A program made the translations under genes and the position numbers. A stretch of DNA of 62,241 nt, filler included, from Choristocarpus tenellus KU-1152 (Eukaryota; Protista; Phaeophyceae): NCBI GenBank assembly GCA_964200185.2. It is 11 parts of 11 records of this genome, joined end to end, with 100 filler letters (N's around TTAATTAATTAA, not from the genome) between each part and the next. Parts side by side here need not be neighbours in the genome. Positions count along the whole stretch, not along the records: positions 20,676 to 29,038 come from CAXNAD020004807.1; positions 29,139 to 36,893 come from CAXNAD020005639.1; positions 36,994 to 41,124 come from CAXNAD020016063.1; 8 more parts are not named here. The stretch is one strand, 5' to 3'. This document shows, in pieces, positions 27,190 to 40,300 of this stretch. Position 1 is the first letter of the stretch; each line of letters starts with the position of its first letter. Under the pieces are notes generated by a model, which had not been told where the DNA came from, ran no database searches, and worked only from the letters and a program-made list of their open reading frames with translations.

Positions 27190-29711
27190 TTGTTTATGAC
27201 ATGAAGGATTTGCCTACATGTTGATTGTACGGAAGGGGAGCAGAGGAAGGAGAGGCATTCTTTTTGCTGGGTTCTTTCTTGTACTGATTGTCTATACACC
27301 TCTTGTCCCCATAGATCTATGTTCTTGTCTTCTTTGGCTGAATTTAAGTCATGTCTATATGTGTGAGTTCAAACAGAAGAGGGTGTATTGCTTGGCTACA
27401 AGGCCTTGTTTGGGAAGAAATTGTTCAGGGGGAGGATCTGTACAGATGTGCAATGTTCCTTTCGGTTTTGGTGGGTCAAACCCATGCATGAATTCGGACA
27501 GGGAAGGTAAATGTGTAGTTGTAGTCAGGATTTTCATTTTTGTACAACTATTAGTGCATACAGACTAGACATGTTGACGTAGTGCTTCGATATGAAGTGC
27601 TACTACTTTTTGTGTGTGCTGTTGAACTGTGAACATTGTGCATAGATCTAGCATGCATTGTAAGACCATGTATGTTAGTTATCCTCTGCCTCGAGCAGAT
27701 GGTAATTATGGAAAGGCAAGACCCTACTTAAAATTTGGCACTGCGGTTTGTAGTGCAGCACGATTTAGCAATGGATAGTACTGCTCTCAATATGCCCTTG
27801 CCTTTTACTGCTTTTGATATTGGCAATGAGATAGGGGGTCCTGAGCAGTCTGAGGTTGGCATGGAGGATGTTCGTGGAGTTGTGAAGTTTGTATTTGGAG
27901 TAAACTCAGAAAATGCGGTTTCACACCTTTGCGAAGGGGAGTCCCCCATTTTAATGCAATAATTTCAATGTTTTTTTAATTAATCTAAAACCTCATTTGG
28001 TTTGGAATTGAAAATCTGGTTAATTCACAAGACAAACAGTTGATCATGAGAGGAACTAGGCAGTCTCTTGGGGTGTTCAATGTTTGGTGTAGTTCACTCT
28101 CATTGTATGCAGTATTCCAGAGATGCTCTTGGTAATATATGCATTCTCATCGTTGCAAAAGTTTAACTGGGACTTTCCACACATCCTTACGAGCTTTGAA
28201 GTGTGAAACACTGTTATTTCTTTTGAGATACAATGCTACTCATTATATTGGCATAGATATTGCTGCATACATAGTTTACTTGAGATGCCCCTATCTGAAG
28301 AAGGAAACATAGTATGCAAATATGCGCAACAGAATGTCTCATCATCAGGCGTCACTCAGAAGTCCACATCTCAGCAAACACAAACATTTTGGAAAAATGG
28401 AGGCATCTTGTATTACACTATTTAATTTCTTGGTAGTCCTAAACAAGGGGTGAGAAAATATTGAGCCCCGTCACATCACTGGTGCCTAGCACCCCTCAGT
28501 TGTACATGCATTCAGTAGTATCTTGTGTTGCAATTCCTTTTGGAGGATTCTTCTTCAACCTTGACACTAGATCATTTATGGCACTTTTATTCCCCGAGGA
28601 GAATTCTTGGTCATGTTTTTGATATTCAAAGCAATTGTGGGCATATATATTAGATCAATTCTTCAGCTGGTTACAACTGGTGGCAATTACTAGGGAGAGG
28701 TAGACTTTGTGATGTAGTCCTTAACTGAATTTTCTTTTATTATCACATCTTCTACACAAGAATCATTGCAATTATTCAAACAGCATCCAGGTCACAGTGC
28801 ATACACAGCAATATTACATCGTCCTCCTTGCTTCCATCAAAATTGTGGATATTCACATTGGGTGGCAAATACACCAACCTATTTTTGTGGCTGTGCCTGG
28901 GTGGAAAAGCAATGCAGGAACCAGACCATAGGGGGGGTGCAGCATCATCTGTGTAAGGCAACCCAAGACAAGATATACAATATGACAGGCTGTTTCCTTG
29001 AGGGGGGTTGACTCCCCAAAATTCATCTTTCTCAGCTCNNNNNNNNNNNNNNNNNNNNNNNNNNNNNNNNNNNNNNNNNNNNTTAATTAATTAANNNNNN
29101 NNNNNNNNNNNNNNNNNNNNNNNNNNNNNNNNNNNNNNGGGTATGAAGGCTGTTGGGGGGGTGGGGGGTGGGGTAATGGATGCATAACCAAGAAGTCACT
29201 CCAAAATTGACGAGGTTGATGCCAAAAAACAATTATGTACATAGGTCACAGGATTAACACTTCCAATTGGCTCGACAGGACTGAAGAAAGAATAGGTAAT
29301 GGAGTCAGCAGTATGATATGCATGTGAGAGAAACAAACACCGTAGTGATTAGTTTACACTACGCTGTCACCAGTTCAACTCATCACATCAAACCGCCCTG
29401 CTGACTCCGCCGATACTAGTCCGAATTATTTCCTTACTCCTTTGGAAAGACTCCAAAACAGGCTAAAACTGGTGCTCAAACGTGGAAATTGTCCAAATCC
29501 TATAAATGGAAACAGTCCTCCTCTTCGAACCTTGTTCTCAGTCACTCATATAGTTAATGAAACATCAACACTCTTAACCAAAATTACTCAGAGGGTTCAA
29601 CACGAATAAAACATAAGCGTGTGTGCCTGTGCGCATGTGCATGTGTGAGGAGATGAGAACGAGTCCTTACACAGGGACTGGGGTTGGTAAAATGGCACCA
29701 GCCTCACTCAC

Positions 29712-32700
29712 ATCTTGCAGACCTGCTTCATGGCCTCCCGGCATGTCATAGTCTCAAACTTCATTTTCTCCAGTTCTGTCTTGGCCCCCTGTTGCATCAT
29801 AACACACACATTAAGAAAGGGAGCACTATCGGTCGGTACATATATTAAGAATCGACAGGTGCAAAATAGCATACACCTAGTCCCTTAGAGCCTCAAATAC
29901 ATACCAAGCACAAAAATAATACCCCGCTTAACTCATGTGCCCTGACAAAGCAACGAACACTAATGGATAAAAAAAAATTAAAATAGAGCAGAAACATCAC
30001 CACCCTGGGAAAGGCAATCCCTCTGATGATTGTTTGCTCTGTAAAATTAATGAAGCTTCAAACCATCAATGATACCATCACCAAGTTATTCTATCACCTT
30101 TGTTGAACTAACCCCCACCTTGACTCCAAAACCTCCACCCACCAAAATAAACTGTCATAATCTCTGTCTGTGCCCCTGAAAAGATCAATCCCTAGTCCTG
30201 AATAGAGCAGCTAACACCACTAAGACACTCAAAATGCAGTGTTCATACTCCAATATTCCAAGTTACTTCAAATGGGTAGGTTTATTCACACAAAGTACCA
30301 TCGATCAGGCAAGGCTTATAGAAACATGTTCACTAAACAACTGTGAATTAACCCAATAATACACTCTCCAGTTTCAACTAACTTGCCAAGAACAGAACTT
30401 CCTGAGTATGAAACACAATCAGAACTGCACCCCCCCTCCCCTCCCTCATAATCCACACCTACCTGGCGGCCCTTGCCCAGCGCTGCTCCAAAGTAACGGT
30501 ACATTACTCCAGACGGCTCAATGGCATAAAGTTCATGTCTTTTCAGCTCCAAATCATACCTGCCACATGAAAAAGAACGGCAGTCTGAATAGCACCCAGG
30601 AGGAATATCAACAGCAAAAGTATCAAACTTGTCCAGCACTGATTATGGACTAGGACACGGAGGAAATTCAGAGCTCTACTCGAACAAGAAAGTCAAGAAA
30701 ACTTTGTGAGTTCAATCCTGTTGCTACTTCATTAATCAGAGACGGCTATCAATACTGCGAGTGCATCGCTGTCAGTTATCTATGTACCTCCCACCTTTCC
30801 CCCCTCCCCACTGCCCCAAAAACACAAAGAGGCTTACCCCGCAAACAGTACTGCTGCACCAAAGGGTCGAAGAGACCCATGCAAAGTGAAGTAATGAACA
30901 TATTGAGCAAGTCGATCCGCCAGTAATGACGGTGGTGCCTTTGACCCATAGTTCTCAAGGTAATCTGCTGCCTCATCTCTGGCCCTGCCCACAATCTGCC
31001 TGCCATCAGGCGCCCTCCCTGTGACCGCCATCCCCAGGTGGGAATCAACCCCATGGAGGCGTCTGCGTAGGTATGTGTAGGTAGTTCAGGACAAAGGGGA
31101 GGGGGTGGGGGTGATGAAGTGGTGGGCTGTGTGCATCTGTATAATGTGCATATACAGGTGTGTGGACACATTTCAAGACCAGTGTTAGTTTGATATACCT
31201 TAGAGCGGAAGAAGACTCTTGACTGATAACAATGGAAATGAAAGCCAGTTGGGAATGAAATGTTTTGCAGTAGTGCAACAGCATCAAAGAGACAAGGCAG
31301 AAAGGATTGCACAGGCACGTCATATTGACTTCTTGACTGCATGTATTGAGACAATCAAAGCACACTTTGAAATCTATGGCAATGGCAACGTTCATATTGT
31401 AGGTGGAATGCACTATTATTAGGGTAATGGATCAATTAATGGCATAAAGAATCGATTCAAGAAGCACGCACACATGAAAGGCGAGTCATAATCCTTATGG
31501 ACCACGAAATTCCACACACTTCAAGTACCTTTCTAGACACTGAGAAAAATGGAAATGTTGTGAACCAGGACAATCAATTGAGAATAAAGGTGATCATACC
31601 TGAAGATCGGTTATATTTGGTTGTTTATATGTATTATGAAAAGACATAAATAAAATGTATTGCTTCTATGTGCGTGCATGTGTGTTGTTGCTAATGTATC
31701 AATATGACCATAAAAAAGTAAAAAAGTGATAGAAGAAGTGAAATAAATCATAGTGGATCCATCTTCACTGCTCACAGTCAACTGTGCACCCACATATCCT
31801 TCAGCCTTCCTAAAGCAGGACATGACTGAATAATAGCTTGTCTCAGACAGTTAGGAGATTCATGCCTCTAACAATAAAGAGAGCAGGAAAGAGTGTAAGT
31901 TGACATTTGCACTTAAAAGAGGGTCCTATTACAGTCAGGGGACCTTTTTCATTACAATATCACAAGTCACTCAGTGACCAGTGCACATGCCCCACGCGTT
32001 ACCTCATGTGCTGACAGTTTAATTCTCATTATCAAAAATAAACGTGTAAATTACATATTTGCATAATGTTTTCAACTGAAAATTCTTTCGGTTCACAACA
32101 CCACCAGTGATATGTGCCTTCATCTTGACACACACAGATCAATCAGAGGGAAGACAGGGTGCAAACATTCACAACAGAATATATGCCACCATATACACCC
32201 ACATCATCCACGCTATCAACAATACACAAAACAGGACTAAAATATAGCACAGACCACAGGCCTACTTACAATGCAGCCTGCAAGAGTTCATGCATCCATA
32301 CATTCTCACCGGTTCGACCCCGGAACAAGCATCTTAGATATGAGCAGTTTTTCTACTGCCAAAAGGACGCCATCCTTGCATCGAACTCCAATAGCAGTAC
32401 CACTGTTCTCCACAGCCTTCGTCGCATATTCAACCTGAGAGGAAAGTAGGATAATGATTGGGGAAGTTGGGGAAATTGATAGGGTGAGAAGGGGGAAGGG
32501 GTGTTGCATACTAAAGGAACCTGTTGGGAATATTCTCCCCTAGCATCGCTGCAGACCAAACACATGCTGAAGTTGTGTGACAACAGAGCAGTCAGGTTGT
32601 AAGGTTACCACCACTGCTGCCACCTCCGAAACAGAGAAACTAAGCATTTACCAGTAAACCCGTCATAGCGATTGTCATGGAATACACGAGTAAATTATTT

Positions 32701-33951
32701 TGCCCTATCCCCTCTTCTTGCACACCCACATCTGCAGACCAAAAGGTATGGAAGATACTCGTTGGTTATCAACTGTGTTGCTCAATACTGTAAACTTCCT
32801 TTCAACTAGTCTTAATTCACTACAGAGCATCAATTAGTACAGTGCCTACTTGCAGTCCAACAAACTATCATGCAGCCTATGATTTCAATTACAGTGATGC
32901 GCTTATTGAGACATGCTAAAGGTAAAAAGCCAACAAATATTTTCCGACAACGTTGTAATTGTGCTCCTGATGATGATCAGTCGAATAGTATATGTTCTAT
33001 ATTAGCAAATTGAGGAGGCATCACTGCTGCCGCACTGAGCATAGGCAACAGGTTGTGAATGGATGCACTACTATGCTAACGTAATCAGATAAGGCGTGGG
33101 TCAACCCATCAAGCATAGACTTCTTTCCTCCAAGTCCCTGAGTGTGGAGGCATCCAAGATTATTAAGAGGGGAAAAAAGGGAGAAGGTGTTTGACACGCT
33201 CTCGTTCCGTACAGTAACCTACTCAACTAGTAGTGAGAAGAATCGTGGTACAAGTTCGATCTAAGTTTCAAAATGCCCAATCTGACATCTCCACCTCGAA
33301 GGATACGTGTGATTTAATCTATACACTATTGCTCTCAACGTTCATCTCTAAGAGTACGGGGAGGAACATCACCTTGCGTATCTCCCATTAACTATTCTCC
33401 ACAGCCTACAAGCCATTTCCTGTCCAACTTGGTAAGAGTTCTTACGATTTCCACGCACAAGGTATCAAGAAGATCTCACGTTCAGCGGTCGACTCCTTAA
33501 TAAAGTGTCAGGGCACACCGAAATTTTACCTGAAATAGCTTTCCATCTGGCGAGAAGGTCGTTGGCGACAAATCGTACTGTGATGAGGGAAGTAAGAAGG
33601 AAGAGTGTCAGAATCGCGCGCAGGCATTGATATAGGTGATAGTTCACAAGTGAACCGTCGGTTACTATGATGAGGTTACATCTCATTCCCGTATGAAGCA
33701 TGACATTTTCTGTGAGTCCTGTGGCGAAACACAAACTATTGCGTTCAAGGAGTCCTACATCTTCTACCATCTCGCTTGATTACCTTGACACTCCAACATA
33801 ATGAAATAACTACACATCAATCTAATCCACGAATGGCCTGTGCTATGGGGTGTCATACAGCGAAATACGAAGACATGTGTCTACTTTTTCCCTCTGTACG
33901 AGTAGGGATACGGGAAGCAAAATTTCTCACCCCAGCTCCAGTGCTGCTCAT
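29712..33951 (-). CDS. PSMA3: 20S proteasome subunit alpha-7 (PSMA3/PRE10), last exon(s) not found before the contig end
   Basis: Exons 33951-33931 MSSTGAG, 33577-33530 [16 protein letters not shown], 32434-32310 [23 protein letters not shown], 31062-30839 ..[13 protein letters not shown], 30559-30463 ..[16 protein letters not shown], 29788-29712 [10 protein letters not shown]. All phases are compatible. Confidence 0.97.
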
Positions 33952-34210
33952 CCTCTCGATCCTCCAACTCGATCGATCACCAAGTCTTGCGTAGAATTAA
34001 TTGCCAGTATCTATCTTAGCAAACTTTGACAATTATAGTTGCAAGTCCAAGAACCCCAGCCCACGGCCAATATTTGTCCTTCTACTATGAGGTATTCCTT
34101 ATCTCAATCATCTTGTTGCCAATTTGACAAGATTTCGTGGGAACAAAGAACGCCACGCATAATACAGAAACCCGTCTGATCAACCCCTCAAACATCACCC
34201 TTCCTATACC
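33952..34210. promoter_or_regulatory. Probable bidirectional promoter PSMA3/NTMT1
   Basis: 259 bp between divergent start codons on one contig; promoter function is inferred. Confidence 0.6.
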
Positions 34211-35648
34211 ATGAGCCGATCCGCACAGATTACCGTACTATGTGACAACGTCGAAAGAGATCTAAAACTCGCGGGACTCCCTGTGGATGGATCATCAACT
34301 GATGGCCTAGAATACTCCAGTCTGAAGCAGATGTGGCTGTCTCAGCTTGGTTTGCCAAGACCAGCCACCCTGGTGTGTGCTTGTGCCACATGTGTGTTCA
34401 TACCTTCCTATTGATCTCCTTCTCCTCTTCTTTCGTAAATGACTCGTTTAAGTGTCTCTTGTTGCAATGTCTGCATTCCTTGAGCTAAATCGATCATTCT
34501 CGCTGGTCGATGGAAGGACCTCCCCGTTGAAAGGGACAATGGTGAGGGACTACCAGCCCAACCAGCTCGCGCTGGACTTGCTTCCTGGTATGAGAAGGCA
34601 TACGATTACTGGGAAGATGGAAGAAATTGCGGGCTGAATGAAGATGGGGTACTTGGGGGTTATGGTCACATCTCGCCAACTGATATAGCTGGATCCGCAT
34701 CCTTTCTGGACGACTTGGCAAAAGTTAGACCCAACCTTGGTCAGGAGAAGGCAGCAGGTAGTCACCATCCCACTATTTCTTCCATAATAAGCCCTTTGTT
34801 CGCAGGCTAGACAGAATGGAGGTTATCTTCATGGATACCCGTGATAGCGCCTAGGTTTTCGATGTGGAGATTATCAAGGGCGAGATGTAATCCTTTCGCA
34901 TGTTGGCCTCCCCATCCAATGCACAGTTTACCACACGCTTATGCAGAACACTAACAAAAAAAAATAGACATTCCATATGCTTCCTCTATTTTGGTTCACC
35001 CTATATGTATGCCTTGCCTTGTTTAATTAGATTGTGGAGCAGGAATTGGCCGGATCACCAAGCACCTCTTGCTGAAGAGATTCGACCTGGTGAACTTGGT
35101 GGAACAGAGCCCTCGACTGCTCAGGGCAGCACCAAAGTACATTGGGCGTGAAAGAGACCGAACAGAGTGTCTGTGTCTTGGACTGCAGGTATTTGCGCTT
35201 ATACTTTTGCTTTGGTCTTTGAGTCATCCGAGGTAGGAACAATCTGATGTCCTCATTAGTATTAATTGCAGTGACCTGTACTACACCTTGCACTTGCCTT
35301 CCCGTCCCATATCTTTGCCTTTTTCAGGACTTCATGCCCGAGCAGGCTAGCTATGATCTGTTCTGGGTACAATGGGTTGTGGGACATTTTACCGATGTTG
35401 ACTTGCTCAGGTTCATCAATCGATGTCGCGTTGCACTCAAACCAGGAGGGCTGATTGTAATAAAAGATAATGTTTGTGGTGAAGGGGATAGGGCCTTTGT
35501 TTTGGACAATGAAGACAGCAGTATGACACGGTCACTTGGATACTTTCGAAGTCTCTTCAACCATGGAGGGATCAAAGTTGTGCATGAACAATCTCAGGAG
35601 GGATTCCCAAGTGATATCTTCCCTGTGCACATGTTTGCCTTGGAGTGA
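34211..35648 (+). CDS. NTMT1: Alpha-N-terminal protein methyltransferase (NTMT1/METTL11/Tae1), 4 exons, complete
   Basis: SWYEKAYDYW..DGVLGGYG, SAM motif DCGAGIGRITKHLL, YDLFWVQWVVGHFTD, LKPGGLIVIKDN, DNEDSSMTRS, GFPSDIFPVHMFALE*. Confidence 0.95.
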
Positions 35649-36993
35649 TTCAAAGCAGACCAATAACACTACATATATTGAATAGGGGAATGTTGGTGCT
35701 GTATAAGATGAATTCTACTAATAGCAAGGGAAGTTTATACAATGTGTGTGACACTTGCCACACAACATGATGGGCATTTCGATTTTTTTGCTTGTGTTTT
35801 TGCTCTGAACATTGTGAAGTGGTGAGGAGGAAAATATGCTTGTAGTTAGTTGTGATTTTGTGGTGGGACGTCTTGCCTCATTAATCGTCTCGTTTTCCCG
35901 ATGTACAGCATCAAGTGCAATCGTTCCGTCCTCATGTACTCTTAAGTGTAGAATTGGATGGAAACAAGACCCCGCTGTTTATACGCAAGTCAATAATTTG
36001 GGGAATGTGGCCCTTCACTGAGATGGCCAGCAGAGTGTTGGGGAGTAGAGCCCAAGTCAGTGGTTGTTATAGGGGACTCTGAGGCCGTCAAGTTCAGGTA
36101 CTGTATGATTCAATCATACAGCATGGCGTCATTCTGTATGAAAGCTAAGCCTAGTTCATCAACCTTTGCGCAACCATAAAGGTATGGTTGTGCCCTGGTG
36201 TTGTGAATGTTCAGGGTAGCCAGTTGTCAATTATTTTCAGACAGATATGCCACCCATACCAGCTAGATGCACCACCAAGCAGTGAGTCTCTTGGTCATTT
36301 GTAGGGTACTTTATATATACATGAGGATATGTCGTTCCTGGCCAAGACACAAGTTGTACAACCTTTGTGAAAAGTACTTTGATGCAGTCCTGAGCCTTCA
36401 TTCAAACCGCATCACATGTATCTCTCTAGTCAATTGCCATGCTGGGATTTGCCACTAGCACCTCCTCAGGGCTGTACCAGATGTGGATGCAGCTGGCACA
36501 ACTGTGTCCATTCATCTGCGTTCAAGGTTCTCCCTTTCAATATTGAATGAGGGACCCAGATCTATTTCCCAGTGTATATAGACTTGTTAAAAAGTTATTT
36601 GTTTGATGCTGAGGTTACAATGCCCGACCTCCTAATTTTCCATAGGCGTCAGGCCAGTGATATTTGGACATCCTTGCACGTGTATTTACTAAGTTGCAGA
36701 GCGACTCGTTTGGTCGGTGTGTCAAATAGTGATAGAACAATTGCCTTCAAGAGTTGTGATTAAAAACATGTTGGTCATTGAACCTGCCATGTGTTGGCAT
36801 CAAACAATGGGTCAAAGTCTGGGGGGGGGGTGGGGGGTGGGAAGGGTATGAAGGGAGTTATTCCTCAGTTACCTTTCCTTTTTTTTGTCGGGGNNNNNNN
36901 NNNNNNNNNNNNNNNNNNNNNNNNNNNNNNNNNNNNNTTAATTAATTAANNNNNNNNNNNNNNNNNNNNNNNNNNNNNNNNNNNNNNNNNNNN

Positions 36994-37164
36994 GGGGGGG
37001 GGAGGGGGGGGGGTCTACACCAGGCTGTCCATTCGGGCCCTGACCAGGAGAAGTGCACTTACATTATCCATCCGACGCATGCAACCAAATCACCCAAGAA
37101 TCACGACATGGAAAAATGGGCCCCAAATGGGTAGCTTCCACCCACCCCCCAGATACTTTTAGCC
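36994..37164. mobile_element. MITE family B (~175 bp), near-complete at contig start
   Basis: Internal sequence matches the 53903 and 56279 copies; ends CCCCAGATACTTTTAGCC. Further B termini at 17093-17157, 20676-20730, 46090-46157, 58879-58965 and 59066-59161. Confidence 0.8.
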
Positions 37165-37698
37165 ATAATGAGGATAAAAGCAGTCAAGCATTTAGTTCGT
37201 TGCTGTAATATTGTATATCTAAACATAAGGAAAAGTCTCAGTTGGAAACTAGTTGCATGGCATAAACACTATAGTAGTCCAGAACGTGATACCACAATAC
37301 ACACATAGAAGGAAATAAACCTTACCTCTGGATGCCGTGGTTTGATACTCACCTTCTCGTCCCCTTTCGACTTACAGGTTCTCGCTGCCCTTGGTATGAC
37401 ATCTCTAACCACATGAAGGGGGATCTGCTCAATATTACCCAAAACATGACTCAAGGCACAAAATCGAGAATGAGATTATAAAATGCTCTACAAGCTTATG
37501 ATGATAGTATATGCAGCTCCAATCTGTAAGTCTGTAGGGTAGAGGCAAGGCTAGTACAGGGCACCATAAGAGCGATGTAATCAAATATGCTGTATTTCTC
37601 ACTTCTATTATTTACTTTATAGGTTTCATTGGGGTATTCTAAAAAGGACTGAACAACCATGCATGCCAAACTTATGGCATCATAATGACTAATTTGTA

Positions 37699-39630
37699 CT
37701 TCCTCTGTTCGGAATTAAATGTAAAATATATTTTGCAGCCCCAATGAAGAAGCAAGCTTTCTTGTTACATGTTCATATTTATGGGTACATTGTAGAGACA
37801 GCAAAAGGTCGCCCACGAAAATCTCAAGCAAAATGAGACTGTCTACACCAATATATGATTCTGCCCCCGAAGCCCTCCAAAAACTCCATTCCAGCATGAT
37901 ATTTCGCCGCATCCACCTGGGCATTCTGGGGTAGCTTGCCTGCCTCCTTTTCCTTGCGAAGATGAGGAATTTGAAGATGTTGTGGCCCTTGGGCCCCAGC
38001 ACTCCACATTTCATTCCGAAGAGGCTCTACTAGACGCGGTCTAGTGTCTTCCAAGGGTACATATCGGATGCATCCATTGTGGCCTCCACCAGGTCCACTG
38101 TGTTGGTCACCCCCACATCTTCCTTCAGTCTATGGATGGAAAGAAGAATCCCAGGTCAGTGACGTTGAGGTTGAGCAAGTTGGCCGGCCGGGTCTCTATG
38201 ACATTGTTGTCCTCCGCTGCCTCCTTGATTGCCTCCTTTATCCCCCACTTGGTGTGTCTAAAACATACCCTACTCATCTTTGTGTCATTGGTACGATACC
38301 GTGTTACTAGTTCATACTCACTCTTGATTCGCGCATCGGTACTGGTCGTTACTCACATCTACATCATCGGTGTACCTCATCATAGGATCATCAATCACGG
38401 TTACAACGCCATGGTTCATAGCAAATATGGAACAGTCGACATCTTCAATCATACAATCATAGTATGTGCCATATGAGTCGTCCTAGGTATTGATTCAAGT
38501 TTGTTTCTTTGTTTTTATGTTCACGTCAGAACCATCAGTTGTATCTCATATGTTGATTTTTTTTCTCTGAATACCTTGCCCCCACTCGGACCTCGAGTTC
38601 ACACTGCAGTAAGTGTACCTGACACACAACTGGATGCAATATATTCAGAGTTAAGACATCTACAAAACTCTTCTTCATAAGGTGACAAGCCTCTCTACAC
38701 AGTGCATGAATCTCTTCCTTTGAATGCACAAAGGAATACCCAACATCACTTTACCAAATAACCTCTGACTGTGCAAAGCATGTCACTAGGTTCATCGGCC
38801 AGAATTCACCGGTGCTTCATTGCACTACGACCCCCCTCCACCATAACCAATCTGCCACTGTACAAGAGCACGATTTATTCGATCCCAGGTTTCAACTATG
38901 TGTGGCTTTGCCCATCCTTGTGTATGAAGATGGTGTGTCCATCCGGCCTTAGGCATGTGGGCCTCGATTATCAGGATGATATCCTTAATCTTGAGCTCCT
39001 TATACCTATCCCCGTCCACCATGGCTGGCACAACCATCTTGATGCCCTTGGGGCAGTGTTTGCTGGAGTGCTCGGGATCTTAGTGTCCACGTGTCCAGAT
39101 CCTGATTTTCCCATCAAACCACATCAGGTTGCAGAACTTCCGAGGGCAGACCACAGGTAGAAGGAGCATCACCTTCGAAATGCAAAGCTTATTCTCTGCC
39201 TGTGGGGGGTTGGGGGTGTCCTCAGTGGGGTGCAGGTTCACACCTTGCTCATATTGGAGGATGTAAGACCACTTCTCATCCACACGTACCCAGTCCTATA
39301 GAACGTCCACTAATACTCCAATTCCTCCACCCTTGTGCATGTGACTGATGACGGAACCCACCCTGTTGACTTTCTGCTGGCCTGGGAGGACTTGCTTAAT
39401 CCACCGCTTGACCTTCCTCACCTTTTCGTGAATACCAATAATCACCCGCTTTAACAGTTTCTCTAGGTTTTTGATTCCCGTCAAATGCGACTTGGTTCAC
39501 TTTGCACTGGTGATCCTCCACAGTCATGACAGTCCACAATCTCAACTTTGCAGCCCTCCCAATCTATAGGAGAATCCTTGCTCGTCCAAAGACTTTATCT
39601 CGTGCATCGTTCCCAGGTGAAAGCAAAGCT
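37699..39630 (-). mobile_element. Tc1/mariner (plant/stramenopile DD39D-type) transposon remnant, interrupted by nested insertions
   Basis: WVRVDEKWSY, ENKLCISKVM, WFDGKIRIW, AKPHT, ETRPANLLNLNVTDLGFF, LVEATMDASDMYPWKTLDRV. A Stowaway-type TIR TA|CTTCCTCTGTTC lies at 37699. Multiple stops and frameshifts. Confidence 0.9.
38258..38898. mobile_element. 641-bp insertion with 5-bp target duplication (TGTGT) inside the mariner
   Basis: TGTGT at 38253-38257 and 38899-38903. Removing the insert plus one copy restores in-frame AKPHTKWGIKEAIK. Confidence 0.75.
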
Positions 39631-39750
39631 TGTAAAAATTATATTACATTAAATTACGAAAGGAGTAAGCAATAACAATATATGAAATCTAGGGCTTCAA
39701 GATCACAATGGCGAGTATGAAACCGCCAATAAGACACGTCGTCTGTAACA
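39631..39750 (-). mobile_element. Possible short LTR (120 bp) of a retroelement inserted into the mariner
   Basis: TGT...ACA termini at the point where mariner similarity appears to stop; the second LTR is not in the contig. Confidence 0.35.
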
Positions 39751-39918
39751 CGCCCGCATGAACACAGCATAAATAAAATGAATTCAACTTCCAGGTCCTA
39801 ACATATCAGTAGGCAGCATTGGGGATCCAGCGGAGGAGTGAAATCTAGAGGGGAAAAAAACTTCCCTGCTGACAGATATGCTACTGTGATACAAAAAATG
39901 ACGTTTCACAGTCACAAA

Positions 39919-40300
39919 GAAGCAGGGAACTGCTCTCCCTCCGTAAGAACTATGGATGGACAAAAAAGCAAGTATAGAAGTAAAGTGTAACAACAACTTA
40001 AAGGTAGGGAGTCTCGTAGAATGACTCTCCCCCTTCACAAGTATTAATAAAACCCATTACATACGCAAGATCGCAATAACATTGAAATAAGGTACTGCCA
40101 TAAAAGTAATCTCCCCCTTCAGAACTATAAACAAAATGAATGCAGAAGAAAAATCAGAATAACACTGAAATAGGGTAGTGTCATAGAAAGACTTTCCCCC
40201 TTCAGAACTATCAACACAAAGAAATACAAGACAAAGAATAATGTCTTTCAGTCACATAGAAATAGGGTACTGTCGTAGAAAGACTCTTCCCTCATTGGAA
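39919..40300. repeat. Degenerate array of ~45-bp hairpin-containing repeats, period 81-92 bp, 4-5 units
   Basis: Consensus GAAATAGGGTACTGTCATAGAAAGACTCTCCCCCTTCAGAACTAT at ~40000, 40084, 40167 and 40259, plus a shortened copy at 39919. Confidence 0.85.

Noticed and set aside
27728-27949. Possible last exon of a convergent gene
   Set aside because: No homology or linked exons; unsupported. It is not the missing PSMA3 end.
36460-36565. Possible terminal exon on the minus strand
   Set aside because: Two frames are equally plausible and neither is recognisable.
39919-40300. True CRISPR array
   Set aside because: Repeats are degenerate, linkers resemble each other (shared AATAACA and TTTCA..GTCACA), there are no cas genes, and the context is eukaryotic TE sequence.
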